Below, in pieces: positions 9,842 to 19,293 of a DNA stretch of 62,935 nt (the first letter of the stretch is position 1; each line of letters opens with the position of its first letter). Source of the stretch: Gammaproteobacteria bacterium. GTDB taxonomy: Bacteria; Pseudomonadota; Gammaproteobacteria; Acidiferrobacterales; UBA6901. The position numbers and the translations under genes are program-made. The DNA lies in NCBI GenBank assembly GCA_016218345.1, contig JACREH010000026.1, positions 1 to 62,935 on the forward strand. Reading direction: 5' to 3'. A model generated the notes under the pieces. It worked only from the letters and a program-made list of their open reading frames with translations, searched no databases and was not told where the DNA came from.

Positions 9842-10195
9842 ATGCAACCGACGACTACGCCGATCTACGACGTAACCGAGCACGACTTCACCGTAAAAGT
9901 ACTGGAGGCCAGCGCGCACACGCCGGTGCTGGTGGACTTCTGGGCCGACTGGTGCGGACCGTGCCGGGTGCTCACGCCGATTTTGGAAAAGCTCGTACGG
10001 GCCTACGACGGTGGCGTGCTACTGGCCAAGGTCGAGGCCGACGAGAACATGCGCCTGGCCGGGGCCTATCGGTTGCGCGGTTTTCCCACGGTGTTGCTGT
10101 TCGTGCGCGGCGTCGAGGTCGGGCGCTTCAGCGGTGCCCGCGCCGAGTCGCAGGTGCGCGGCTTTCTCGACGACCATCTGGCCGTCAGCCGCTGA
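9842..10195 (+). CDS. Thioredoxin
   Basis: WADWCGPCR active site, and the GFPTVLLF motif. Confidence 0.85.
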   Translation: MQPTTTPIYDVTEHDFTVKVLEASAHTPVLVDFWADWCGPCRVLTPILEKLVRAYDGGVLLAKVEADENMRLAGAYRLRGFPTVLLFVRGVEVGRFSGARAESQVRGFLDDHLAVSR

Positions 10196-10201
10196 CCTCG
10201 G

Positions 10202-10759
10202 TCAGCCGCGCGGTTTTTCCGCCGGCCGCCACAGGACATCTCCGTGGCCAGCGGCGCGATTGAGGGCGCGCGCCATTACGAACAACAGATCGGAAAGACG
10301 ATTGAGATAGCGCAGTCCGACCGGCGAGACTGGTTCGCGCTTCGCCAGGCCGTAGGCGCGCCGCTCGGCGCGCCGGCAGACGCTGCGCGCCAGGTGGCAG
10401 AGGGCGGCGGCGCGCGTGCCGCCCGGCAGCACGAATTCCTTGAGCGGATCGAGCGCGCTGTTCAGTTCATCGAGCAGCGTCTCGAGCTCGCCGACCTGTT
10501 GGTCCTGCATGACCTGACGGCCGGGCACGCTCAGTTCGCCGCCCAGATCGAACAACCGGTGCTGGATGGCGATCAGCGCGCTGCCGATCGAGTCGGGCAG
10601 ATCCTCGCATAACACCAGTCCGATCGCGCTGTTGAGTTCGTCGACCGCGCCGATCGCCTCGATGCGGGCGTGATCCTTGGCGACGCGCGTGCCATCGCCC
10701 AGCCCGGTGCTGCCGTCGTCGCCGGTGCGGGTGTAGATCTTGGACAAACGATGGCCCAT
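10202..10759 (-). CDS. ATP:cob(I)alamin adenosyltransferase, PduO type
   Basis: KIYTRTGDDGSTGL N-terminal motif and the overall PduO/MMAB pattern. It lies downstream of btuB. Confidence 0.85.
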   Translation of the reverse strand: MGHRLSKIYTRTGDDGSTGLGDGTRVAKDHARIEAIGAVDELNSAIGLVLCEDLPDSIGSALIAIQHRLFDLGGELSVPGRQVMQDQQVGELETLLDELNSALDPLKEFVLPGGTRAAALCHLARSVCRRAERRAYGLAKREPVSPVGLRYLNRLSDLLFVMARALNRAAGHGDVLWRPAEKPRG

Positions 10760-10927
10760 CAGCCTTCCCCGAGTAGATAGACGACCGGACTCACGATGGA
10801 ATAGTCGTGCCCGGCCGGCGCCTTGTCACCGCGAATAGCGTACTCGCAAGCGCGGATCGCGCGCAATGCCCGCGATTCCCCGCGCGCATCCGACGTCACC
10901 GCGGTGCGACCCGCAGCGGCCGGCCGT

Positions 10928-12739
10928 TCACGGCCCGGCGCCGATTTGGTAATGCACTTGCAGGTAGGCCGCGCGCCTGGTGGTGTTGTAACCCTGCGCC
11001 AGTTCGTAGTGTCGGTCGAACAGATTTTCGAGGCGCGCGCGCAGCGTCCAGTGATTGTCCAGCCGGTACTGTCCGACCAGGTTGACGAGCGCGTAGCCCG
11101 GCAGGCGTTGGTCGCTGAAATCCGAATCCGGCCGGCGGCCGGTGGCGAACAGGTCCAGGCCGGCGCTGATCGGCCCGTCGGCGTAACCGGTTCCGAATGT
11201 CAGGCTGTGGGTGGCGCGCCGCGCCAGTTGCCGGCCGGTGTCGCGGTTTTCCGGGTTTTGCGCGCTTGCCTCGAGATTGAACCGCCATGGCCGCCAGTTC
11301 AGCGTGTAGCCGAGTTCCAGGCCGCGGATGCGGGCGCGGTCGACGTTCTGATTTTTGCCCGGCAGCGGGCCGCTGAAGCCGTCCGGGTCGACATAGTTGA
11401 TAAGATTGTCGATGTCGTTCTGGAACGCGCTCGCGCGCACCGCCTGGTCCGGGGTCAGACGCAGGCGCGCGCCGAGCTCGTAACTGCGCGAGGTCTCGGG
11501 AGCGAGCGTGGGATTGCCGCCGAAGCCGAAACGGTCGGTGCTGTCGGGGGCGCGGAAGCCGCTGCCCGCGGAGGCCGTCAGGCGCAAGGCCGGCGTGAGT
11601 TGCAGGCCGTAGCCGAGATCGCCAGTGTGATGGCCGCCGAAGCTGTCGATGTCGGTGTACCGCCAGGCGGCCAGCAGTTGCTGGTCGCCGAACCGCCATT
11701 GGCTTTGCAGAAACACGGCATTGGTCGCGGTATCGACGTTATAGCTGCTGCCGTACGACCGCGCCTCGGTGTGTTCGCGCGCCAGATACAGGCCGGCGCT
11801 GAGCAGGTGTTGGCGGCCGAGTTGAAAATCGTTTTGCCAATCGACGACCTTGCGTTCGGTATGCGTGAAATCCAGACTCTGGTTTTGATCGATCTCGTCG
11901 CGCAACTGGCTGACCCGCAGCGTTGCCAGCCAGGCAGCGGCCAGCGGCGCCTTGAGGCTCAGGGCGGTGACACTGTTAAAAAAATCCTGGTCGAGCGGTG
12001 CGAGCGCGAAATCGTAATACTCGCTGTTGCCGCGGGTTTGCCAATGGTTGACCTCGGCGTCGAGCGCGCCGAGTTTGGTGCCGCCGTAGGCGTTCACGCC
12101 GGTGTTGCGATAGCCGCTGTCTTCGCTGCCGCCGACGCGTGCCGGAAACCCGCGGCTGTCGAGACCGGAGGCGTGCACGCCGGCGCGCCAGACGCCGTCG
12201 TCATGCGACGCGCCGAACGCCGCCTCGCGTGTGGCGTAACGGCCGGCGCCGGCGCTCGCCTCGGCTTGGGTGCCGGGCGCGGCGCGGCGCGTGAAGATCT
12301 GGATCACGCCGCCGATGGCGTCGGAGCCGTACAGTGTCGAGCGCGGTCCGCGCACGACCTCGATGCGCTCGATGTGTTCGGGGTTCAGATTCTGCCAGGA
12401 TGCCGCGCCGATGGTGCCGGGGTTGAGCTTGACGCCGTCGAGCAGCACCAGCACGTGGTTGCTCTCGGTGCCGCGCAGGAACACCGATGTTGTCTGGCCG
12501 GGGCCGCCATTCCGGCCGATGTCGAGACCGGCATGAAAGCGCAGCAACTCGGCCACGTCCTGGGCCTGGCTGGCCGCGATTTCGGCGCGGGTGATGACGG
12601 TGACCGCCGCCAGGCTCTCGTCGGCGGTTTGCGCGGTGCGCGTGGCGGTGATGACGATCGGTTCGCGCGCCGCCGCGATAGTGGAAAGGTTGGCCAGAAC
12701 GACGACCGCAATGGTATTGACAACAGGCTTCAAGGGCAT
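10928..12739 (-). CDS. btuB: TonB-dependent vitamin B12 outer-membrane receptor
   Basis: Signal peptide, a plug domain (VVTATRTAQ..ESLAAVTVITRAEI, VFLRGTESNHVLVLLDGVKLN) and a terminal beta-barrel ending in an aromatic residue. It is preceded by a cobalamin riboswitch. Confidence 0.8.
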   Translation of the reverse strand: MPLKPVVNTIAVVVLANLSTIAAAREPIVITATRTAQTADESLAAVTVITRAEIAASQAQDVAELLRFHAGLDIGRNGGPGQTTSVFLRGTESNHVLVLLDGVKLNPGTIGAASWQNLNPEHIERIEVVRGPRSTLYGSDAIGGVIQIFTRRAAPGTQAEASAGAGRYATREAAFGASHDDGVWRAGVHASGLDSRGFPARVGGSEDSGYRNTGVNAYGGTKLGALDAEVNHWQTRGNSEYYDFALAPLDQDFFNSVTALSLKAPLAAAWLATLRVSQLRDEIDQNQSLDFTHTERKVVDWQNDFQLGRQHLLSAGLYLAREHTEARSYGSSYNVDTATNAVFLQSQWRFGDQQLLAAWRYTDIDSFGGHHTGDLGYGLQLTPALRLTASAGSGFRAPDSTDRFGFGGNPTLAPETSRSYELGARLRLTPDQAVRASAFQNDIDNLINYVDPDGFSGPLPGKNQNVDRARIRGLELGYTLNWRPWRFNLEASAQNPENRDTGRQLARRATHSLTFGTGYADGPISAGLDLFATGRRPDSDFSDQRLPGYALVNLVGQYRLDNHWTLRARLENLFDRHYELAQGYNTTRRAAYLQVHYQIGAGP

Positions 12740-12849
12740 TCTCCCGGCGCACCCGCCGTGCGCATCAACAGTGCAGTGGTTCGCGGAACGCGCGGCGAGG
12801 GAGAGGCCGGTGCCTCATGGAGCATGTGACCGCCCGCCGCGGTGATTCC

Positions 12850-13060
12850 ACGTTGTCCAGGCCGGTCTCCGGGCTCACGCGTCGATGCGGCGAATCGCCT
12901 TCCCGCGTGCATACACCACGCAGTGGCTGACCGGCGAGAACCGCCGGTCGCAGGATTCGCCGCAACGCGTTTACCGTTGCGGGGGCAGCGTCGGCCTTGT
13001 TCGCGAGAACGCACCGACTTCCCGTTTCACCCCGGGATTACGTTCCGCGGGGCACCTGAA
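12850..13060 (-). promoter_or_regulatory. Cobalamin (B12) riboswitch in the btuB leader
   Basis: The minus strand reads GGTGCC...GGGTGAAACGGGAAGTCGGTG...GCTGCCCCCGCAACGGTAA...GGTCAGCCACTG...GAGCCCGGAGACCGGCC. It contains the conserved GCCACTG element and the B12 box. Confidence 0.8.
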
Positions 13061-13118
13061 TCAGCGCGCAATCTAGCGGCTCGCGCCGGCCGCTGTCAAG
13101 CCGGGTTTTTAGAAAGAA

Positions 13119-15554
13119 TTAAAGCGGGTGCAGCTGGGGCGAGCCGAGATGGAACCCCTGGGCGTTGTGGATGCCCATGCCCAACAGCGCCTGACAGGTG
13201 TCTTCGTTTTCGACGCTTTCGGCGATGGTCGAGATGCCGAACGCCACCGCCAAGTCGTGAATGTGCTCGACGATCTTGCGGTCGGCCTCGTTGTCGAGCA
13301 TGCCGCGCACGAACGCGCCTTCGATTTTCAGATATTCCGGGCGGAACAGATTCAGAAACTGATAGGTCGAATAGCCGCTGCCGAAGTCGTCGAGCGCCAG
13401 CTTGCAGCCGAGCGTGCGCAACTCGCCGATGTCGGCCAGCAAGGCGTCGGTGATGATCACGTTCTCGCGTTCGGTGATCTCGATGGTGATGGCGCGCCCG
13501 CCGCGGCAGGCCGGGGCGAGCAGGCCGGTGAGTTGCGCGACGAAGTTGCGGTCGTTGAACGACGATGGATCGAGATTGAGAAACAAGTCGTAACCGATCG
13601 GCGCCAGCCGCAGCGATTGCTCGATGATGTGCAGGTCGATCTCGCGGGTCAGCCCCAGTTCCTCGGCGACGCCGATGAATTCGGCGGCCTGGATGGTGTT
13701 GTTGTTGATGCGCATGCGCGCCAGCGCCTCGTAGGCGACCGGCTGGCCGGTGCGCATGTCGCAGATCGGTTGAAACGCCGGCATCAGGCCGCCTTCCTGC
13801 AGGGCGTTGCGCAGTTGGAAGCCTTGATTGAATATGGTCATGACGGTTTCGCTGGTGTCGGCCGACAACACCTCGACGCGGTTGCGCCCTTGGCGTTTGC
13901 TTTGATAGAGCGCCACATCGGCCGCGCTCACCAGCTCCTGGAGGTTGCGTCCATGCAGCGGCGCCTCGGCGACACCGATACTGCAACGCAATTGAATATC
14001 GCCGATCGGCAGTTCGATGCGGGTTTCGTTGATGCCGGCGTGCAGCTTGGCGGCGATCAGGGCGGCGGTCTTGAGGTTGGTGTCGACCAGCACCATCGCG
14101 AACTCGTCGCCGGCCAGACGCGCCAGGTAATCGTCCTCGCGCGCCGCGGTCTTCAGGAGCTGGGCGATGGTGCGCAACGCCTGATCGCCGGCCGGATGGC
14201 CATAGGTGTCGTTGATGAACTTGAAACCGTCCAGATCGATGATAAGCAGGCATACCGACTGGCCGAGCGGCAGGCGTTCGGACAGGACGACGTCGAGTTG
14301 ATTATCGAAGTGGCGGCGGTTGTAGAGATTGGTCAACGGATCGGTGACCGACAGGACGTACAGGTCGTCGCGGTACCTGGCGAGCAGCGTATTGAGCTCG
14401 ACGCTCTGGGTGATGTCGCTCAGGGTGCCGATGATGCCGCTGAAACGCCCGCTGTCGTCTTGGTGGGCATCCGCGTCCAGGCTCGCCCACAGCCCCCGGC
14501 CGTCGGCGGTACGCATGCGGATCTCGCGGTTTTTTTCCCGCAATTCACCGAGGAATTCCAGGTCGAAATCGTCGATCACGTCCTCGTCCATGAGAAAGTC
14601 GGTGAACGCCCGGCCCATGGCCTCGTCGATCGGAAAGCCGGTCAATTGCTGCCAGGCCGGGTTGAGGAAGCTGATTCGGCCGGCGGCATCGAGTTCGAAC
14701 AGGATCTCGTGCATGCTGTTGATGAGCGTGCGCAGCCGGTGCTCGTTGTATTCGAGCAGTTCGCGGGTTTCCTCGAGGTTGTGGATGTAGTGGCGCATGG
14801 CCGCCGAGCCCTGGGCGAGCGCCTGGTTGAGTTGCTGAATCTCATGGGTCCCCGATTCCATGAGGGTGACCTTCGTTGCCCAGTTGCCGCGCGCGAACTG
14901 TTGGGCGAGCGCGGTGAGCGGCTTGAGCGGTGCGGTGAAGCGTTTCAGCAGGAAGTAGGTGACGGCGATGCTGGCGATCAACGCCAGCGCGACGAACAGC
15001 CCGACGCGCACCGCCAGCTGATTGACGGTGCGGTTGAACGACTGATAGGAAAGCCCGAGCTCGATGCGGCCGCGTTCACCGCCGGGGAGGTCGAGTTCTG
15101 CGATCAGCGTCGGCGGGCGGTGTTCGCCGGTGAGCAGTTGAATGAACCCGTTCGCGGGTTGCTGCTCGCCGCGGTGTTCGTATAGCGGCAGGCCGTTGGC
15201 GTCCACGATCCGCAGGCTGGCCACGGCCGGATCCATGGCGATCTTCTGGAGGCTGGCGGCGAGCGCCCCGGCGGCCGCCTCGCCGGCGAGCGCGACGTGC
15301 GCCGCCGGCTCGACTTGATTCAACAGGCCCTGTCCGATCTGGCGCTGGCTGTCGAGCTGGTGAGTGACGATTTGGCGGGCGAGATAGATGCCGGTGGCGG
15401 CCGTGGTCGCGATCAACAACGCCGATATGGCGAGGATCATGCGGGCACGCAGCGATCCGCGAAAATGCCAGAGTCGATACGCGAGGCGCCGATACAGGGG
15501 CGGGGCGCCTTGCCGGGGGCTGAGTTTTATAGGCGGTTTTTGAGTGGCAGCCAC
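13119..15554 (-). CDS. Membrane-anchored HAMP-PAS-GGDEF-EAL signalling protein
   Basis: RLAGDEF (GGDEF-type) and EALARM (EAL) motifs, DDFGSGYS, and an N-terminal TM plus HAMP region. Confidence 0.9.
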   Translation of the reverse strand: MAATQKPPIKLSPRQGAPPLYRRLAYRLWHFRGSLRARMILAISALLIATTAATGIYLARQIVTHQLDSQRQIGQGLLNQVEPAAHVALAGEAAAGALAASLQKIAMDPAVASLRIVDANGLPLYEHRGEQQPANGFIQLLTGEHRPPTLIAELDLPGGERGRIELGLSYQSFNRTVNQLAVRVGLFVALALIASIAVTYFLLKRFTAPLKPLTALAQQFARGNWATKVTLMESGTHEIQQLNQALAQGSAAMRHYIHNLEETRELLEYNEHRLRTLINSMHEILFELDAAGRISFLNPAWQQLTGFPIDEAMGRAFTDFLMDEDVIDDFDLEFLGELREKNREIRMRTADGRGLWASLDADAHQDDSGRFSGIIGTLSDITQSVELNTLLARYRDDLYVLSVTDPLTNLYNRRHFDNQLDVVLSERLPLGQSVCLLIIDLDGFKFINDTYGHPAGDQALRTIAQLLKTAAREDDYLARLAGDEFAMVLVDTNLKTAALIAAKLHAGINETRIELPIGDIQLRCSIGVAEAPLHGRNLQELVSAADVALYQSKRQGRNRVEVLSADTSETVMTIFNQGFQLRNALQEGGLMPAFQPICDMRTGQPVAYEALARMRINNNTIQAAEFIGVAEELGLTREIDLHIIEQSLRLAPIGYDLFLNLDPSSFNDRNFVAQLTGLLAPACRGGRAITIEITERENVIITDALLADIGELRTLGCKLALDDFGSGYSTYQFLNLFRPEYLKIEGAFVRGMLDNEADRKIVEHIHDLAVAFGISTIAESVENEDTCQALLGMGIHNAQGFHLGSPQLHPL

Positions 15555-15591
15555 GATAGCGCAGTATACCCAAAAGCCCGCGCCGGAAGAA

Positions 15592-16359
15592 TCATTCGGG
15601 CATGAACAGTCGCCGCCCGTCGACGCGCAGTTCGCGGATCGCGCAGCCGTACATGCGGCTCAGCACGGCGTCGTCGAGCAGCGTGTTCAAGGGTCCGGAC
15701 AGGTGTTCGCCGCCGGGTAACAACAGCAGTCCGTGGCTGCACACGCGCGCGGCCAGATTGACATCGTGCAGCACGAAGATGTTCAAATGCCCGGGGCGTC
15801 GGGCGCGCGCCGCGAGCGTCGCGAGTATCTGGGTCTGGTGACCTAGGTCGAGATGGTTGCTGGGCTCGTCCCACAGGCAGATCGGCGGATCCTGGGTGAG
15901 CAGCGTGGCGATATCCGCGCGTCGGCGCTCGCCGCCCGAGAGCGTCCCGGCCAGGCGTGTCTCGAATCCCTCGAGTCCGACGCATGTAAGCGCCGCGCGC
16001 GTGCGCTCCAGATCCACGGCGTCTTCCCCGGACCAGCGCGAAACATAGGGATGGCGGCCGGTCAGCGCCGTTTCCAGGACGCTCGCGCCGAACGCCAGTT
16101 CCGAATCCTGAAACACGATTCCCAGACGCCGGGCACGGGCGCGCGGCGCGACCTCGATCAGATCCCCCCCGTCCAGCAGCACCCGTCCGGATCGCGGCCG
16201 GCGCAGACCGGCGAGCGCCAGCAGCAGGCTGGTCTTGCCGCTGCCGTTGGCGCCCAGGATCGCCCAGTTTTCGCCGGCCCCGAAGGACAAGGTCAGGTCT
16301 TGGCACAACGCCACGCCGCCCGGCGCGAGCGTGAGCCGCGCAGCGGCCAGCAGGCTCAC
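15592..16359 (-). CDS. ABC transporter ATP-binding protein (FecE/BtuD type)
   Basis: Walker A GANGSGKTSLL, signature LSGGERRR, and Walker B ICLWDEP. The GTG start overlaps the permease stop (GTGA). Confidence 0.85.
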   Translation of the reverse strand: MSLLAAARLTLAPGGVALCQDLTLSFGAGENWAILGANGSGKTSLLLALAGLRRPRSGRVLLDGGDLIEVAPRARARRLGIVFQDSELAFGASVLETALTGRHPYVSRWSGEDAVDLERTRAALTCVGLEGFETRLAGTLSGGERRRADIATLLTQDPPICLWDEPSNHLDLGHQTQILATLAARARRPGHLNIFVLHDVNLAARVCSHGLLLLPGGEHLSGPLNTLLDDAVLSRMYGCAIRELRVDGRRLFMPE

Positions 16360-17339
16360 GGGGTCTGGGCGCCGGTGCGGCGCGTCAGCAGGAACAGGAA
16401 GATCGGAACGCCAAGGAGCGCGGTGATCACGCCGACCGGCAATTGCAGCGGCGCGATCAGGCTGCGCGCCAGCGTATCGGCCAGCACCAGGAAGCCGCCG
16501 CCGGCGAGCGCCGCGTTCAACAGCAGATAGCGGTGATCGCCGCCGCCCAGCAGCCGCACCGCATGTGGCACGATCAGCCCGACAAAACCGATGCCGCCGG
16601 CCAGCGTGACCGCCGCGGCGGTGAGCAGCGAGGCCAGGAAATACACGCCGATGCGCAACACCATTACGCGTTCTCCGAGCGCAGCGGCGGTCAACTCGCC
16701 GCGCGCCAGCAGGTTGAGCGCGCGCCCGAACGGCAGGCATGCCGCCAGGCCGACGACCAGAATGAGAATGGCGACGAGCGGCCGGTCGGCGTGGCTCAGG
16801 TCGCCGAGCAGCCAGAACAGCAGGGTTTGCACGCTCTCCTGGGGCGAGGTCGCCAGTATAAGGCTGATCAGCGCGCCCCAGCCGGAGGCGATCACCACGC
16901 CGGTCAGCAGCAGGCGCGTGTGCGTCCACGGCCCGCGGCCGTGGCTCAGGCCGAATACCAGCAGCATCGACACCAGCGCGCCGACGAAGGCGTTACCTGT
17001 TACCCAGGCGCCGCCCACGCCTGCCAGCAGCGACAGCAGTGCACCGACCGCCGCGCCGCCGGAGACGCCCAGGATATAGGGATCGGCCAGCGGATTGCGC
17101 AGCAATACCTGCAACAGCGCGCCGGCCAATGCCAGCAGCCCGCCGACTGCGAATGCGCTCAGGCTGCGCGGCAGCCGCAGCTCCAGGACCACCGTCCCGG
17201 TAAGTTCATTCGGCCGGCCGCTGAGCGCGCGCCACAACTCGGCGGGCTCGATGGCGATGCTGCCGAGACCCAAGGCCAGCAGGATGCTGAGCGGTGCGAG
17301 CCCCAGCAACACGAGCGTGAGCGCCGGTTTTGCCGACAT
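16356..17339 (-). CDS. FecCD/BtuC-family ABC permease
   Basis: 327-aa polytopic protein with RLPRSL, ADPYILGVSGGA, GFVGLIVPH and GVITALLGVPIFLFLL motifs. Confidence 0.85.
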   Translation of the reverse strand: MSAKPALTLVLLGLAPLSILLALGLGSIAIEPAELWRALSGRPNELTGTVVLELRLPRSLSAFAVGGLLALAGALLQVLLRNPLADPYILGVSGGAAVGALLSLLAGVGGAWVTGNAFVGALVSMLLVFGLSHGRGPWTHTRLLLTGVVIASGWGALISLILATSPQESVQTLLFWLLGDLSHADRPLVAILILVVGLAACLPFGRALNLLARGELTAAALGERVMVLRIGVYFLASLLTAAAVTLAGGIGFVGLIVPHAVRLLGGGDHRYLLLNAALAGGGFLVLADTLARSLIAPLQLPVGVITALLGVPIFLFLLTRRTGAQTP

Positions 17340-17341
17340 GG

Positions 17342-17998
17342 TCAGCGGAGCTGCAACACCGGCCAGCCGTGTTCCCGGGCGTGGCGGGCCAGGATGGCAT
17401 CGGGATTCACCGCCACCGGATGAGTCACGGCGCCGAGCAGCGGCAGGTCGTTGTGCGAGTCGCTGTAAAACCAGCTGTCATCGAGCGTTGCGTGATGGTT
17501 CGCGAGCCAGGCGTCGAGCCGTTCCAGTTTGCCCTCGCGGTAGCAGGGCATGCCGTGCACCTTGCCGGTGAAACGCCCGTCGATCTCCTCGGGCTCGGTG
17601 GCGAGCAGATGCTCGATGCCGAATTCCTTGGCGATCGGCGCGGTGATGAAGCGGTTGGTGGCGGTGACGATCAACAAGGTATCGCCGCGCCGGCGGTGCT
17701 GCTCTACCAAGTCGCGCGCCGCCGGCAGGATCATCGGCAGGATCTTGGCCGGCATGAATTGCCGGCGCCAGTCCTCGAGCTGGGCGCGGTCGTATTGGGC
17801 GAGCGGCCGCAGTTGGTGTTGTTCGAGAAATTCGAAGATGTCCAGCGTGCCGTCCACGTACGCCTGGTAATAGCGATCGTTGTCGGCCTTGAAGCGTACC
17901 GGGTCGACGGCCTGGCGTTCGACCAGGAATTCGCCCCAGGCATGGTCGCTGTCGCCGTGCAATAAGGTGTTGTCCAGATCGAAGATGGCCAGGCTCAC
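17342..17998 (-). CDS. HAD-IB family hydrolase
   Basis: FDLDNTLL motif I, IVTATN, and [11 protein letters not shown] motif. The GTG start is inferred. Confidence 0.7.
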   Translation of the reverse strand: MSLAIFDLDNTLLHGDSDHAWGEFLVERQAVDPVRFKADNDRYYQAYVDGTLDIFEFLEQHQLRPLAQYDRAQLEDWRRQFMPAKILPMILPAARDLVEQHRRRGDTLLIVTATNRFITAPIAKEFGIEHLLATEPEEIDGRFTGKVHGMPCYREGKLERLDAWLANHHATLDDSWFYSDSHNDLPLLGAVTHPVAVNPDAILARHAREHGWPVLQLR

Positions 17999-18182
17999 CG
18001 CGTATCTCCAAGGCGCTTTGGTGGGTGCAAATGCGTTTTCGTGCCGGTTGCCACGCGCAGCGGCTGACCCGACCGGGGCGCGCATTGCCGTATGGCCCGG
18101 TTCATGGAAAAATCACCGTCATTCTATATCGACGGGCGCCGGCCGTGGCGGATGCGCCGCCGGCAACCACGCGGCATTTTAC

Positions 18183-18662
18183 ATGATCGACAAAGACGGT
18201 TATCGGCCGAACGTAGGCATCATCCTGTGCAACGCCCAGGATCGGGTGTTTTGGGCGCACCGCCGCGGTCAGGACGGCTGGCAGTTTCCACAGGGCGGCA
18301 TCCAGTCCCATGAGGGACCCGAACAGGCGTTGTACCGCGAACTGCACGAGGAGGTCGGTCTCGAATCCGTCCATGTGGCCATCATCGGCCGCACGCGCGA
18401 GTGGCTGTACTACGACATCCCCGGGCGCTATCAACGCCGTCCCGGCAAGTTCAAGGGCCAAAAACAGATCTGGTATTTGTTGCGTTTGGGGGCGGGCGAG
18501 GAGCATGTGCGCCTGGATCTCAGCCCCCGTCCGGAGTTCGACGCCTGGCGGTGGGTGGACTATTGGTGGCCGCTCGACCAGATCGTCGAGTTTAAACGCC
18601 AGGTCTATCGCCAGGCGCTGACCGAGCTGGCACCGCTGCTGGCGCAACCGGCGGCGCGCTGA
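18183..18662 (+). CDS. rppH: RNA pyrophosphohydrolase
   Basis: [15 protein letters not shown], the Nudix box [23 protein letters not shown], and a W..FPQGG motif. Confidence 0.9.
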   Translation: MIDKDGYRPNVGIILCNAQDRVFWAHRRGQDGWQFPQGGIQSHEGPEQALYRELHEEVGLESVHVAIIGRTREWLYYDIPGRYQRRPGKFKGQKQIWYLLRLGAGEEHVRLDLSPRPEFDAWRWVDYWWPLDQIVEFKRQVYRQALTELAPLLAQPAAR

Positions 18663-18764
18663 CCACGCACGACGGTCGCTAGGTCCAGCCGCATCTGCTC
18701 ATTATCCAGGCAAATATATATTCATAATATAGTTTATATTTATCATATAACTGATTGTAATTAC

Positions 18765-19160
18765 TTGAATATATATCTCGCTCTTCGACCGTCCGTTTTT
18801 CTCCATCGTTTTCGGGTGTGGTGCGGGCTGGCACTGCTACTGTCCGGCGGCGCGCTCCCGGCCTGCGGTCAGCCTCCGGCGGTTTCCCCGCCGGAGCAGA
18901 GTCGGCCGGGACTCGCATCCGGTCGCGTCATCGTGAAGTTTCGGGGGGATTTCGACCCCAGTAATGCCCAATCTTTAGGCAAATTGTCGGCAACGCTGGG
19001 GGTGACGCTGCGCCATCTTCGGCCGCTGGCCGGCGGCGCCCAGCTATTGCTGATCGAGGGGCTCACGGACAGTGCCCACGTCGCCGAGATCGTCGCCGAA
19101 CTGAACCGGCGCGCCGAGGTCGAGTATGCCGAGGCCGATGCGCCCATGCGCCATCAATAG
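18765..19160 (+). CDS. Small secreted/lipoprotein-like protein resembling a stand-alone subtilase propeptide (inhibitor I9-like) domain
   Basis: Signal sequence with LLLSGGALPAC, then GRVIVKF...VEYAEADAPM, which is typical of I9 propeptides. The start codon is uncertain (TTG 18765 or an internal GTG). Confidence 0.4.
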   Translation: MNIYLALRPSVFLHRFRVWCGLALLLSGGALPACGQPPAVSPPEQSRPGLASGRVIVKFRGDFDPSNAQSLGKLSATLGVTLRHLRPLAGGAQLLLIEGLTDSAHVAEIVAELNRRAEVEYAEADAPMRHQ

Positions 19161-19293
19161 CCGCCCGGCTCCGATCGCTTCCTGTCCCGGTGGCGATGGA
19201 TTTTGTCGCTGCCCGGTCATGGGGTAAAGTGCCGGCTGCTCGCCGTTTTTTTTGCGACCCCCCTGAACGCATTTTGAAGAGTTGACGCTCCGT

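Noticed and set aside
10823-12829. Long plus-strand ORF (668 aa) opposite btuB. Similar long antisense ORFs include 254-1429, 5840-7600, 13128-15185, 19063-20655, 45832-48279, 50393-51826 and 54706-56724.
   Set aside because: They mirror clearly recognisable genes on the other strand and have Arg/Gly/Ala/Pro-dominated, motif-free translations. These are the usual shadow ORFs of GC-rich DNA.
12730-13076. Several 60-200-aa ORFs on both strands between btuB and the GGDEF-EAL gene.
   Set aside because: The region is explained by a cobalamin riboswitch and its expression platform, and the ORFs have no coding signature.
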